From Nitrospirota bacterium (GTDB lineage Bacteria; Nitrospirota; Nitrospiria; SBBL01; JAADHI01): a DNA stretch of 64,000 nucleotides. A program made the position numbers and the translations under genes. Shown here piece by piece: positions 1 through 8,742 of the stretch. Positions within the stretch are counted from its first letter, which is position 1. Every line of letters begins with the position of its first letter. The DNA lies in contig JAJDBU010000048.1 in the NCBI GenBank assembly GCA_029261195.1, forward strand, positions 5,814-69,813. Reading direction: 5' to 3'. Below the pieces are notes generated by a model. It searched no databases. It saw only the letters and a list, made by a program, of their open reading frames with translations, and was not told where the DNA came from.

Positions 1-1228
1 GGGATTTTGCTGCTTTGAAGGCTTTATCGATATCCTGTGTAAAGATTGCCGATTGAAAAGAGACGTCTATCGCATTGGCCCGAGCAATCGCTTCATCCAA
101 ATCTTCAACAGTATAAAGACAGACCACAGGGCCGAAGATTTCTTTGCAGGATACAGAGGACTCATCGCTAGGATTCACCAGAACCGTCGGCTGATAACAG
201 CTCTCCGAAATTTTTTCGCCACCCAGGGCAAGCCTTGCGCCGGAAGTGACCGCTTCTTCAACCCAGGAATGGACCCTATCTACTTCTCTCGGCAAAATCA
301 GGGGACCGACATCACAATTGTCCCTTAACTGGTTTCCGGTTTTCAGGCATTTAACGCTTTCAGTAAATTGCTCAATAAAATCCGGAGCCACAGATTTTTC
401 GATGTAAATACGTTGCACCGAAACACAGACCTGACCGGCGTGATAGTAACCGCCTTTAACCAGCAAGGGGAGGCTTGCGGCAATATCAGCATTTTTATCT
501 ATGATGACAGGAGCCAAACCGCCATGTTCCAAAGCGCAGGATGCACCGACGGCAAGTTTGGATCGTAACATCCAACCCACTTTCTCAGAACCGATGAAGG
601 TCAAAAAGGCGATGCGCGCATCACTGACCAGGCGACCCGTGACTTCATTGGAACAAAAGATCATTTGGCACCATGCCTCCGGTAGCCCAACTTCGTAGAG
701 TAGATTGACGATACTTCGGCAGGAAAGCGGTGTCGTCGTGGCCGGCTTCACCAAGACAGGACAACCCACCGCAATGGCAGGAATCACCTGATGAATAATA
801 AGATTGAAGGGATGGTTAAAAGCGCTGATCGCAAGGACAATCCCTCTAGGCTCGCGAACAGTAAAAGCCAGACGTTCGCTCGAACTTGGCGTGATGCCCA
901 TCACAACCTCTTCACCCTTCAGTTGGCAGAGTTCCCGAATGGCAATCTTAATCCCGTCAATCGCTCGCGTAATTTCAACACGAGAATCGACAATGGGCTT
1001 TCCGCCCTCTGCCGCAGCTTCTTGTGCGAAACGCTCCGCAGTAGCTTCTATTTTTTCCGCCAGTCGTTCAAGGATCTGAATCCGTTCAAATTTAGGGAGT
1101 TGTTTCGACTGATCTTTAAATAACTGATCAGCCTGCTCTAATTTCTTTAAAACCGATGCTTCATCTTCGAGAGCTATTTCATCAATCAGTGATTGGTTAA
1201 ATGGATTTCGGATTTGAATGTAAGCCAC
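1..1228 (-). CDS. Aldehyde dehydrogenase family protein (N-terminal ~409 aa; C-terminus runs off the left window edge)
   Basis: Absent from the ORF track because there is no stop in the window. Hand translation from GTG 1228-1226 (AGGAG 8 nt upstream) is uninterrupted: VAYIQIRNPFNQSLIDE...FNHPFNL...ALEHGGLAP...GQVCVSVQRIY...KEIFGPV, which carries the ALDH catalytic Glu and Cys motifs. The short + strand ORFs 53-1123 are its shadows. Confidence 0.85.
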   Translation of the reverse strand, partial: MAYIQIRNPFNQSLIDEIALEDEASVLKKLEQADQLFKDQSKQLPKFERIQILERLAEKIEATAERFAQEAAAEGGKPIVDSRVEITRAIDGIKIAIRELCQLKGEEVVMGITPSSSERLAFTVREPRGIVLAISAFNHPFNLIIHQVIPAIAVGCPVLVKPATTTPLSCRSIVNLLYEVGLPEAWCQMIFCSNEVTGRLVSDARIAFLTFIGSEKVGWMLRSKLAVGASCALEHGGLAPVIIDKNADIAASLPLLVKGGYYHAGQVCVSVQRIYIEKSVAPDFIEQFTESVKCLKTGNQLRDNCDVGPLILPREVDRVHSWVEEAVTSGARLALGGEKISESCYQPTVLVNPSDESSVSCKEIFGPVVCLYTVEDLDEAIARANAIDVSFQSAIFTQDIDKAFKAAKS

Positions 1229-1239
1229 ACCAGATTCTC

Positions 1240-2883
1240 CTAGATTAAACAAGTCTTCTTTTTTAACTCTTCCAACAAAACTTTTTCATTTTCAGAATAA
1301 TCAATCGGCACTTCAATCAGATGAACCGCAGGTGCTTTCAGACAGTGGGAAAGCACCGACTTCAGTTCCCCGTTTTTAGAAATACGATGCCCCTTCGCCC
1401 CGTAGCTTTCGGCATATTTCACAAAATCGGGATTCCCGAAATCAAGGCCGAAGTCGCTAAAACCGCCGCCCGCCTGTTTCCATTTGATCATACCGTAGGC
1501 ATTGTCCCGTAATATGATTACAATCAAGTGCAACTTGAGTCGGACAGCCGTCTCCATTTCCTGAGAATTCATCATAAAACCGCCATCACCGCAAATTGCC
1601 AGAACCTGTCGATCCGGTTCAAGCAATTTTGCGGCAATCGCAACGGGTAAACCGGCGCCCATCGTCGCCAGAGCATTATCCAGAAGCATCGTTTTGGGTT
1701 CATAAGCCCTGTAATTTCGTGCAAACCAGATTTTATAGGTGCCGTTATCCAAAGAAAGGATCGCACGACTGTCAAGCACTTCCCTGACTTCACTCACAAT
1801 GCGCTGAGGGCTATTTGGGAAAGTGTCTTTGTGGACCGTGTGATAGACATTTAGATCGATATCCACCTTGACGCGTCGAAAATAGTCGAAATCCCAATGA
1901 TCGGAAACTTTTATCTTTTGGGTTAATTTTTGAATATTTGTTTTCAAACACCCGATGACCTCATGCTGAGGGAAGTAAATATCATCCATCTGGGCAGGAT
2001 AAAAGCTGACATGAATCACTTTTAAACGTCCTGTTTCATCCATATAAAACGGTGGTTTTTCGGTGACATCGTGCCCTACATTAATAATCAGGTCGGAGCG
2101 CTTGATTGCACAATGCAAATAATCGCTATCTGAAAGCGCCGCCGTTCCAAGAAATTTGGGGTGCCGCTCATCAATCACCCCTTTTCCCATTTGCGTTGTG
2201 CAAAAATAGAGTCCGGTCGTATCGATAAAGTTTTTCAGTTCTTCATGGGTCTCGTTGCGATTCGCACCCGATGCAATCAGCAGCAGCGGGCGCCTGGCCT
2301 GTTCGATTATCTCCACAGCCCTTTGGATCGCTGTCCAACTGGCCCTCGGTGAAACAACCTCAGTGGTTGCAAAAGGTCGGCGATCAGTCTCTTCGGCAGC
2401 GATGTCTTCAGGTAACTCCAGATGAACCGACCCCGGCTTTTCTGCTTCTGCAACTCTGAAAGATTCTCGAACAAGGTAGGGAATCGTGTTCCCGTTGACA
2501 ATCTGTTTTGAAAACTTAGTCAAGGGTTTCATCATCCGCACAATATCAAGGATCTGAAACTGTCCCTGCTTACTTTTTTTAATCGGTTTTTGCCCGGTAA
2601 TAAACAAAACCGGCATCCCTCCTAAAAGGGCATAAGCGGCACAGGTCACAAAGTTCGTCGCCCCCGGTCCAAGCGTCGCAAGGCAAACCCCGGTTTTTCC
2701 CGTCAAACGACCATAGGTCGCCGCCATAAAGCCCGCCCCCTGCTCATGACGGGTAAGGATGAGTTTGATCGAAGAAGTTCGAAGCGATTCCAGCAGGTCA
2801 AGATTTTCCTCTCCCGGAATTCCAAAAATATATTCAACGCCTTCATTTTCAAGACATTTAACAAATAGATCACTTGCCTTCAT
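1240..2883 (-). CDS. Thiamine-diphosphate enzyme, acetolactate synthase large-subunit-like
   Basis: 547 aa. N-terminal VEYIFGIPGEENLDLL and GPGATN motifs, C-terminal TPP-binding GDGGFMMNSQE...N motif. Lies 11 nt upstream of the ALDH gene on the same strand. Confidence 0.85.
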   Translation of the reverse strand: MKASDLFVKCLENEGVEYIFGIPGEENLDLLESLRTSSIKLILTRHEQGAGFMAATYGRLTGKTGVCLATLGPGATNFVTCAAYALLGGMPVLFITGQKPIKKSKQGQFQILDIVRMMKPLTKFSKQIVNGNTIPYLVRESFRVAEAEKPGSVHLELPEDIAAEETDRRPFATTEVVSPRASWTAIQRAVEIIEQARRPLLLIASGANRNETHEELKNFIDTTGLYFCTTQMGKGVIDERHPKFLGTAALSDSDYLHCAIKRSDLIINVGHDVTEKPPFYMDETGRLKVIHVSFYPAQMDDIYFPQHEVIGCLKTNIQKLTQKIKVSDHWDFDYFRRVKVDIDLNVYHTVHKDTFPNSPQRIVSEVREVLDSRAILSLDNGTYKIWFARNYRAYEPKTMLLDNALATMGAGLPVAIAAKLLEPDRQVLAICGDGGFMMNSQEMETAVRLKLHLIVIILRDNAYGMIKWKQAGGGFSDFGLDFGNPDFVKYAESYGAKGHRISKNGELKSVLSHCLKAPAVHLIEVPIDYSENEKVLLEELKKKTCLI

Positions 2884-3077
2884 TTCGTTCTCTCCCTAAA
2901 AATATTTTTACTATCCCTTTTTTAAAAATGAAATAATCAGGTAAGCCAGCACCAGGGCGACGACCGGCGCAAAAGCGCTCGTCAAGTGAATCATATCCGG
3001 TATTTGAGAGATAATCATATTGATTCAATATGCAGACATTTTCAGCATGTTTCAAGTTTTTTCTATGCTGAAAAGTC

Positions 3078-4175
3078 CTATTCCGGAGTTCCAAGGTAGA
3101 GTTTCGATCTCCGGTAATATTCGGCAAAAGCCCTTAACAAAACGACAAGCACTGCCGCCCCCGGTACTGCCAGTAAAATCCCGACAAAACCGAAAAGATC
3201 ACCCCCGATGTAGATGGATGCGATAATCACCAGCGGGTGGAGCCCCACCTGTTTCCCCATGATGAGAGGCGCAATGGCCAAGCCCTGAATCGCTTGTATG
3301 CCCCCGAAGAGAAGCAGAATATAGAGGGGGTGAATGAAATCCTGGAACTGTAAAAAAGCAAAGGTCAGGGAAAGCAGGAGGCCGACAGTAAAACCGATGT
3401 AGGGCACAAGCTCTCCAATTGCCGCAACAATGCCCACTGCAAACGCAATATCGAGTCCGATCACTGAAAGACCACCCACATAAAAAATGCCGAGCAAGAG
3501 AATGATCAAAAGTTGTCCACGGACAAAACCACTTAAAGAGAGATCAATTTCGTGAAGCCGCTTATCAAGCTCTGTGCGGTAGCGGTCAGGAATAAAACGG
3601 GCCAGAGATACTTTGATCCGATCAAAATCTCTAAGGAGATAATAAAACATGAAGGGAATGATAATTAAGTTTCCAATTGTCGCCACCAAACCGATTGTGT
3701 TTGTGAAGAAACTCAGAGCAAAGGTGGTGACTGGTTTGAAAATGGCGGGGGCATCTTCTTTCAAGCGAGGCAGAATTGTTTTCAGGGTTTCATCAAAAGT
3801 CTGTGGCAGTTTAAAGCCGAACATACGTTCAATCGCCGGGAGCCAGTTTTTTTGAAGGTGTTCCAAGTAGACGGGAAATTGATCAAAAACCCTCGTCAAT
3901 TGATCTTGCAGGGTCGGAACGCCGAAAAAAAGGAATACGGCAAAGATAACAATAATAAAGACAAAAACCAGAGCAATCGCCAGGAGCCTTGGAAACCGCC
4001 TCTCTTCAAGCGCATCAATCACCGGATCGAAGGCATAAGCCAGTAGAAGCGCTATAATAAAGGGACTTAAGATGCTTTTTGAAAGGTAGAGTGAAAAAAC
4101 CGCGAGTAAACAAAGAAGAAACCAGGAAAGTGGCCCCTTCCAACTGTCATTATGAATGCCTTCTTTTATCTTCAT
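3078..4175 (-). CDS. AI-2E family (PerM/UPF0118) membrane transporter
   Basis: 365 aa, multiple hydrophobic helices, with length and layout typical of the AI-2E family. Confidence 0.75.
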   Translation of the reverse strand: MKIKEGIHNDSWKGPLSWFLLCLLAVFSLYLSKSILSPFIIALLLAYAFDPVIDALEERRFPRLLAIALVFVFIIVIFAVFLFFGVPTLQDQLTRVFDQFPVYLEHLQKNWLPAIERMFGFKLPQTFDETLKTILPRLKEDAPAIFKPVTTFALSFFTNTIGLVATIGNLIIIPFMFYYLLRDFDRIKVSLARFIPDRYRTELDKRLHEIDLSLSGFVRGQLLIILLLGIFYVGGLSVIGLDIAFAVGIVAAIGELVPYIGFTVGLLLSLTFAFLQFQDFIHPLYILLLFGGIQAIQGLAIAPLIMGKQVGLHPLVIIASIYIGGDLFGFVGILLAVPGAAVLVVLLRAFAEYYRRSKLYLGTPE

Positions 4176-4255
4176 CTACTCTTATACGGCTTTTCAGCCT
4201 GTGATGGGTCGATTCAATGGACGTGCATATCGGGGGGGGGGGAAGCTCAGATCCC

Positions 4256-4630
4256 TTAGAATTTTTGGGGGAATTTCGGTTGAAGCATTCTGACATTGAC
4301 GCCGACAAAACCGCCCACGGCCCCTCCTGTCCCGGCACCGAGCAGGGCGGAGGTCATTCCGTCAATATAAATTGCCAGGCCGCTTCCGAGTAGAACACCC
4401 ACTACGACAAAGAGAAAAAATTTCTGCCCTCCCAGACGCCAGACAATCGCCCCCAAAACAGCTCCGACTATAGCCATGACAAGCACCCACCCAATATTCC
4501 CCATAAAAAAACCGACAGCGGCGCCGGTCACTCCGGTGATCACCATGCCAGGCAGGGAGGTTTTAAGTCTTTGAAAATCAATTGATATTGGCATGGACGG
4601 GATGCTATCAGATATGTTTTTGGGAGTCAA
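4256..4630 (-). CDS. Small Gly-rich (glycine-zipper-like) membrane protein
   Basis: 124 aa, with repeated GxxxG-type hydrophobic stretches (GVTGAAVGFFMGNIGWVLVMAIVGAVLGAIV). No family recognised. Confidence 0.4.
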   Translation of the reverse strand: MTPKNISDSIPSMPISIDFQRLKTSLPGMVITGVTGAAVGFFMGNIGWVLVMAIVGAVLGAIVWRLGGQKFFLFVVVGVLLGSGLAIYIDGMTSALLGAGTGGAVGGFVGVNVRMLQPKFPQKF

Positions 4631-4673
4631 TTTGACTCGAAGCCGCCTGAATCAAGTCGCTTACGCAAGGCTT

Positions 4674-4847
4674 TCAATTCTCATTTTCAGCCTGCTCCTC
4701 TTCGATGATTTCATCCGTCGGCAAGGCATACGCCCCCTCTGCCCAACGGCCCAAGTCAGTCAACTTACAGCGTTCGGAACAGAAGGGGCGGGAAACATTA
4801 TCTTTCCATTGGGCGATTTTTTTACAAACGGGGCAGGAGATTTCCAT
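4674..4847 (-). CDS. yacG: DNA gyrase inhibitor YacG (zinc-ribbon)
   Basis: 57-aa ORF, too short for the track, translated by hand: [43 protein letters not shown]... This shows the CPxC...FCSxRC zinc ribbon and the DLGxW motif typical of YacG. Confidence 0.75.
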   Translation of the reverse strand: MEISCPVCKKIAQWKDNVSRPFCSERCKLTDLGRWAEGAYALPTDEIIEEEQAENEN

Positions 4848-4908
4848 CTAGACCTTACCAATAGTATGAAGAATGAGAAACGAGTGAGGGGTTCATGGCA
4901 AACCGTTT

Positions 4909-5829
4909 CTACATTGATTGGTTTTGTTGAAGCGGATCGATATCGACTGTGCGGTTTTCTATGAGGCTTGCGTTAATGTGCCCGATCTTGATCTTTGTTC
5001 TAATCAAAAGCGGGATGTGGCGTTCGTCATCGGTCAACCAGAGAGTGACATCGCCCTTGTCCATAAAGACCCCTTCAAACCGGACCAGCGCTTTTGCCTT
5101 AATCGTTTTAAATGTACCGAGCGATGTTTTTAATTCTTCCCTGCCAAGCACCTGAATTTCCAGTTCCCAGTTTTTTTTGCTTTCATGCACATCAATAAAG
5201 ACAGATTCTCCTGGGACTAAATCCTGGTGCATTCTAAAATAATAGAGGGAACTCAGTGAATCCTGTACGCGAGGCGGGATCTGAAAAACCTCTGTTTTGA
5301 CTTCACTCTTGGTTTTGTCGGTTTTGATTTGTATTGCACGGTGCCGAACCTGATCAAAATCGATGGTCTTTTCTCTTCTTTTCCTGCCCTGCCGCTGATT
5401 GATTTTTATGGAATGCGAATAAAATTCCTCAGTATCGACAAAGGATTCGACCCGATCTTTTACCGGATAGAAGACGGAAATAAAGTCATTGGACTCTACC
5501 GTCGAAACAATATGATAGGCTTCTCTCCCCCTGAACTGCATCTTTTTGGAGACTTCCATGACGGCCTCACCCGCAGGAAGCCCCATGTAACTCACCTTGT
5601 AGATCAGGCGCTCTCCCATTTGAAAGGAACGAAAGGAACGAAGGGTTTTTAAATTTTGGCTGGGCTTTGAAACCGGTTCGAGGGCCTGACTTCGGGCGAT
5701 TAAAACGAAGAAGGCAAGAAGGGCAAAAGAAAAAATCTGTTTTATTTTGGAGGCTTGCTTCAAGCGGACTGTTGCGGAAGAGAATACTTTCATCGTCTTT
5801 AAGTAGCAGAAAAAGATTTGCGCGGTCAA
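4909..5829 (-). CDS. DUF3108-like secreted protein
   Basis: 306 aa. The signal-peptide-like N-terminus suggests the true start is MKVFSS at about 5793. The YKVSYMGLPAGEAVMEV beta-rich pattern resembles DUF3108. Confidence 0.55.
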   Translation of the reverse strand: MTAQIFFCYLKTMKVFSSATVRLKQASKIKQIFSFALLAFFVLIARSQALEPVSKPSQNLKTLRSFRSFQMGERLIYKVSYMGLPAGEAVMEVSKKMQFRGREAYHIVSTVESNDFISVFYPVKDRVESFVDTEEFYSHSIKINQRQGRKRREKTIDFDQVRHRAIQIKTDKTKSEVKTEVFQIPPRVQDSLSSLYYFRMHQDLVPGESVFIDVHESKKNWELEIQVLGREELKTSLGTFKTIKAKALVRFEGVFMDKGDVTLWLTDDERHIPLLIRTKIKIGHINASLIENRTVDIDPLQQNQSM

Positions 5830-5950
5830 GGGATTCTGCGTTTATTTCACCTTTTTATTGATATTTCTATTTTTCCAAGTTCATTTTCCTTTTATCGCTT
5901 CTTGCGGGGCAGGATGGATTCCGATATGATCGGCTCATTTTTGAGGATTT

Positions 5951-7402
5951 TTGTCAAATATGGACTACTCAAAGTCATTTTCAGTCGTCGACAGCAAGGC
6001 ATTACTTTTTGAGGGGCAGGCCCTGATGGCCGACCCCATTCACGGTTATATTCCATTCACCGTCTCCTTCGGGAGCCATAAGGAATCGAGCGAAAAAGAT
6101 CTCATCGATTCAAAGTGGATGCAGCGGCTTCGATACATCAATCAATTGCAATCCGCACGCTGGGTTTATCCCTCCGCCGAGCATTCCCGTTTTGTGCATT
6201 CTCTGGGAGCGATGCATGTGGCAGGGCGTTTTGCCAAACATCTCTACCCTTCCTTAAAAGAGGTTGTCCCCAATGTACCCTCTCCGGCATTTATAGAGGC
6301 GCTTCTCCGTGTTTCCGTTTTGCTGCACGACATCGGACATGGCCCCTTTTGTCACTTTTTTGATCACAATTTTCTTAATACCTTTCACCTGAGCCACGAA
6401 AAACTCGGGCAGGAGATTATCCGCAGGGAACTGGGTGTACTGATCAAAGGGATTAGAAGAAGTCCGGGTGGAGCCTTTGCCCCTGGCGAAAGCCTTGATC
6501 CGGAACAGGTCGCCTTTTTAATACATAAAGATCCGGATTATAAAACGCCCCTTGAATATCCGAGATGGCTTGTGATGCTTAAACCGCTTTTTTCAGGCAT
6601 ATTTACGGCCGACAACCTCGACTACGTCCTTCGAGATGCCTTTATGTGCGGGGTTTCAACCGGCCCCATTGATCTTGACCGCCTGATGCACTACAGCTTT
6701 TTTTCCAAAAAAGGACTGACGCTGCATCAAGCGGGGCTTCCGGCATTGACCATGTTTTTAAACGCCCGTGCCTACCTTTATTTTAATGTCTATTATCATC
6801 GCACCACGCGCGCGCTCGACACCCACATGAAAGACATTTTTCGAGCGACGCTTAAAGAAATTTTTCCTTACAACCCACTTGAACGTCTACAGGCCTATGC
6901 CGATTTAACGGATTGGTCGCTTCTGATCAAGGTGAAATCGTGGAAAGCTTCCCGCTCAGCATCACGCCGGGCGCTTTTTAAAGAATGGGAAAAAATCTGG
7001 GGCCGGGATGTAAAGTGGAAGATGGCCTGTGATACGACATTATCGACAAGCGGCTCTGCGGGAAATTCCCGCAGGGTGAAAACCGGGACAGAGCGGATGA
7101 TACACGCAAACCTTCTAAAAAAACGGATGCAGGCCTTGTTGCCGGAGACCTTGAAAGATCTCTCCTTTCGAGTGGATCTTGCCAGCAAAGATCAACGACC
7201 GGACAATCCAATGGAAATGGGTGAACGACAGATCTACGTCTTCAATCCTTCCACCGGGTCCATTTCAAAAGAAGCCTTAAGCGAATTTATCGATGTGGTC
7301 CCGGCGCGTGTCGTCCGCTGCCGAATCTACGCCTTGGACCACGAACACGACGCACTTTTGTCGGAACTTGCCGAAAAGGCGCTGACGGAGATCGGGAGGT
7401 GA
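5951..7402 (+). CDS. HD-domain phosphohydrolase, SAMHD1/dGTPase-like dNTP triphosphohydrolase family
   Basis: 483 aa. Motifs HSRFVHSLGAMHVA, LLHDIGHGPFCHFFD and DNLDYVLRDAFMCG, i.e. the H..HD..D metal motif plus the DxxDYxxRD motif. Confidence 0.8.
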   Translation: MSNMDYSKSFSVVDSKALLFEGQALMADPIHGYIPFTVSFGSHKESSEKDLIDSKWMQRLRYINQLQSARWVYPSAEHSRFVHSLGAMHVAGRFAKHLYPSLKEVVPNVPSPAFIEALLRVSVLLHDIGHGPFCHFFDHNFLNTFHLSHEKLGQEIIRRELGVLIKGIRRSPGGAFAPGESLDPEQVAFLIHKDPDYKTPLEYPRWLVMLKPLFSGIFTADNLDYVLRDAFMCGVSTGPIDLDRLMHYSFFSKKGLTLHQAGLPALTMFLNARAYLYFNVYYHRTTRALDTHMKDIFRATLKEIFPYNPLERLQAYADLTDWSLLIKVKSWKASRSASRRALFKEWEKIWGRDVKWKMACDTTLSTSGSAGNSRRVKTGTERMIHANLLKKRMQALLPETLKDLSFRVDLASKDQRPDNPMEMGERQIYVFNPSTGSISKEALSEFIDVVPARVVRCRIYALDHEHDALLSELAEKALTEIGR

Positions 7403-7407
7403 AGTAT

Positions 7408-8076
7408 TCATCGCATCCTTTCCACAAATCGTGTAATGGCCTCCAGGGGTAAACCGACAGCGGCCAGATAGTCTCCCTTCAATTCCTGAATAAATTGACG
7501 TCCCTCACCTTGCACGGCGTAGGCGCCGGCTTTATCTAGCGGTTCTCCGGTCGCAACGTAGTCCGAAATTTCGCTGTCTGTCATCGACTTCATTTTGACT
7601 TCAATCTTGCAAATCGAGTGTTCCGATCTATCCTGCAAGGTATCAATCATAAAAACTGCCGTCCAGATGCAGTGAGAGCGTCCCTGTAAACCCTGCAAAA
7701 TCTGCTTTGCCTCTTCCGGATTTTTTGGTTTACCGATTTTTTGTTGGTCGCATTCAATGAGGGTGTCGCTCCCGATGACAATGGCATTTTTAAAATCTTG
7801 GGCATTTTTAAAATCTTGGGCCACGGATCGCGCCTTGCCCTCTGCGAAATGGATTGCTTCTTCTTTTGGGGATAATGCCGGATTTGAGATTTCTTCAAAA
7901 CGGGGCGACACAACGCGAAAAGGGATTTGAAGCCGGGAAAGAATCTCCCTGCGTCTCGGAGAGTTTGAGGCCAGAATCAATTCAGTGGAGGTGAGGTTTG
8001 GCTCTTTTTTTAGATCCTGCATTCCGATTTCAGTCCAGGAACGGTCAGCCTGCTTCCTTTCAACTCCGCCACCCAA
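7408..8076 (-). CDS. maf: Maf-like nucleoside triphosphate pyrophosphatase (likely true start MQDLKK at 8022)
   Basis: LILASNSPRRREIL, GSDT, GKP and AGAYAVQG motifs. Contains an in-frame QDFKNA duplication. Confidence 0.85.
   Translation of the reverse strand: MGGGVERKQADRSWTEIGMQDLKKEPNLTSTELILASNSPRRREILSRLQIPFRVVSPRFEEISNPALSPKEEAIHFAEGKARSVAQDFKNAQDFKNAIVIGSDTLIECDQQKIGKPKNPEEAKQILQGLQGRSHCIWTAVFMIDTLQDRSEHSICKIEVKMKSMTDSEISDYVATGEPLDKAGAYAVQGEGRQFIQELKGDYLAAVGLPLEAITRFVERMR
7783..7818. repeat. Perfect 18-bp tandem duplication (GGCATTTTTAAAATCTTG x2) inside maf
   Basis: Read directly: 7783-7800 is identical to 7801-7818. It encodes QDFKNA twice on the minus strand. Confidence 0.95.
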
Positions 8077-8172
8077 TCCTCATGGTCATCAAGATGATCC
8101 CCCCTGCCCCCCTTAATAAGGGGGGCGCTTTTATAACAGAATGCTTTTGTAGCAGGCCGGTCCCTAAAGCCC

Positions 8173-8360
8173 GTTTAAATTTCCCTGAATTTCGACCTTT
8201 CCCAACAAGCAACACCCTCCTCTTCCACCCCCCTTATCAAGGGGGGATCGCGTTCCAACCCTCTATCAGCGAGGCATCCTTTCCGACCCTCCTGCAAAGG
8301 GCGAACTCATACAGACCGTTTCAAGTTTCAATCCTCTATCAGCGAGGCATCCTTTCCGAC
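8173..8360 (-). CRISPR. Mini CRISPR array: 3 repeats (36, 36 and ~34 nt) and 2 spacers (37 and 45 nt)
   Basis: Repeat A is 8325-8360. Repeat B is 8252-8287 and has 2 mismatches. Repeat C is 8173-8206 and is strongly degenerate. The minus-strand consensus GTCGGAAAGGATGCCTCGCTGATAGAGGATTGAAAC ends in the canonical ATTGAAAC crRNA 5' tag. An AT-rich leader and the cmr genes lie upstream on the same strand. Confidence 0.75.
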
Positions 8361-8742
8361 AGCACCCCTTTTTTCTCTTTTAGAATCAATGGATTACAAG
8401 GGCCAAAATACAAACCCCCAGTTATCCACAGATAAGTTATTCCTTTGGGAGATACCGCCAAGCACTCAATATCACTTTTCATCATATTATTCAAGACTTT
8501 ATACAAAAGTACAAAGCTATGCCTAAAATCACCTCCTTTCAGAATTCTTCTAAATTTCAGAATTAGAGTGATATATAAATATTTTAGTTTTTCAAACCTC
8601 CATTACTACAAAATATCGCTACCCACAACTCAATATCTCTAATAACGCTGCTAAAACGGGTTGTGATCAAAAATGACAACATCTCCAGTAACAGGTGATG
8701 TTTAAATTAGCTTAACCGCCTTTCACATAAAATAATAAGGAA
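8361..8742 (-). promoter_or_regulatory. Putative CRISPR leader (AT-rich, non-coding)
   Basis: About 380 nt of AT-rich sequence between the effector stop (8743) and the intact first repeat. Repeat degeneracy increases away from this side. Confidence 0.45.

Noticed and set aside
53-1123. Five + strand ORFs of 65-110 aa at the left edge
   Set aside because: They lie antisense to an uninterrupted aldehyde-dehydrogenase frame with clear catalytic motifs. Their sequences are low-complexity and lack RBSs, so they are shadow ORFs.
8107-8125. C6/G6 hairpin as the terminator of the CRISPR array
   Set aside because: On the minus strand, the array's transcription direction, the stem is not followed by a T-tract. 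On the + strand there is a short T-run but no upstream + strand gene.
8445-8642. 65-aa ORF in the AT-rich region next to the array
   Set aside because: It has the composition typical of an AT-rich leader translated by chance (Ile/Lys/Phe/Tyr-rich). It has no RBS and is on the strand opposite to the array and cas genes.
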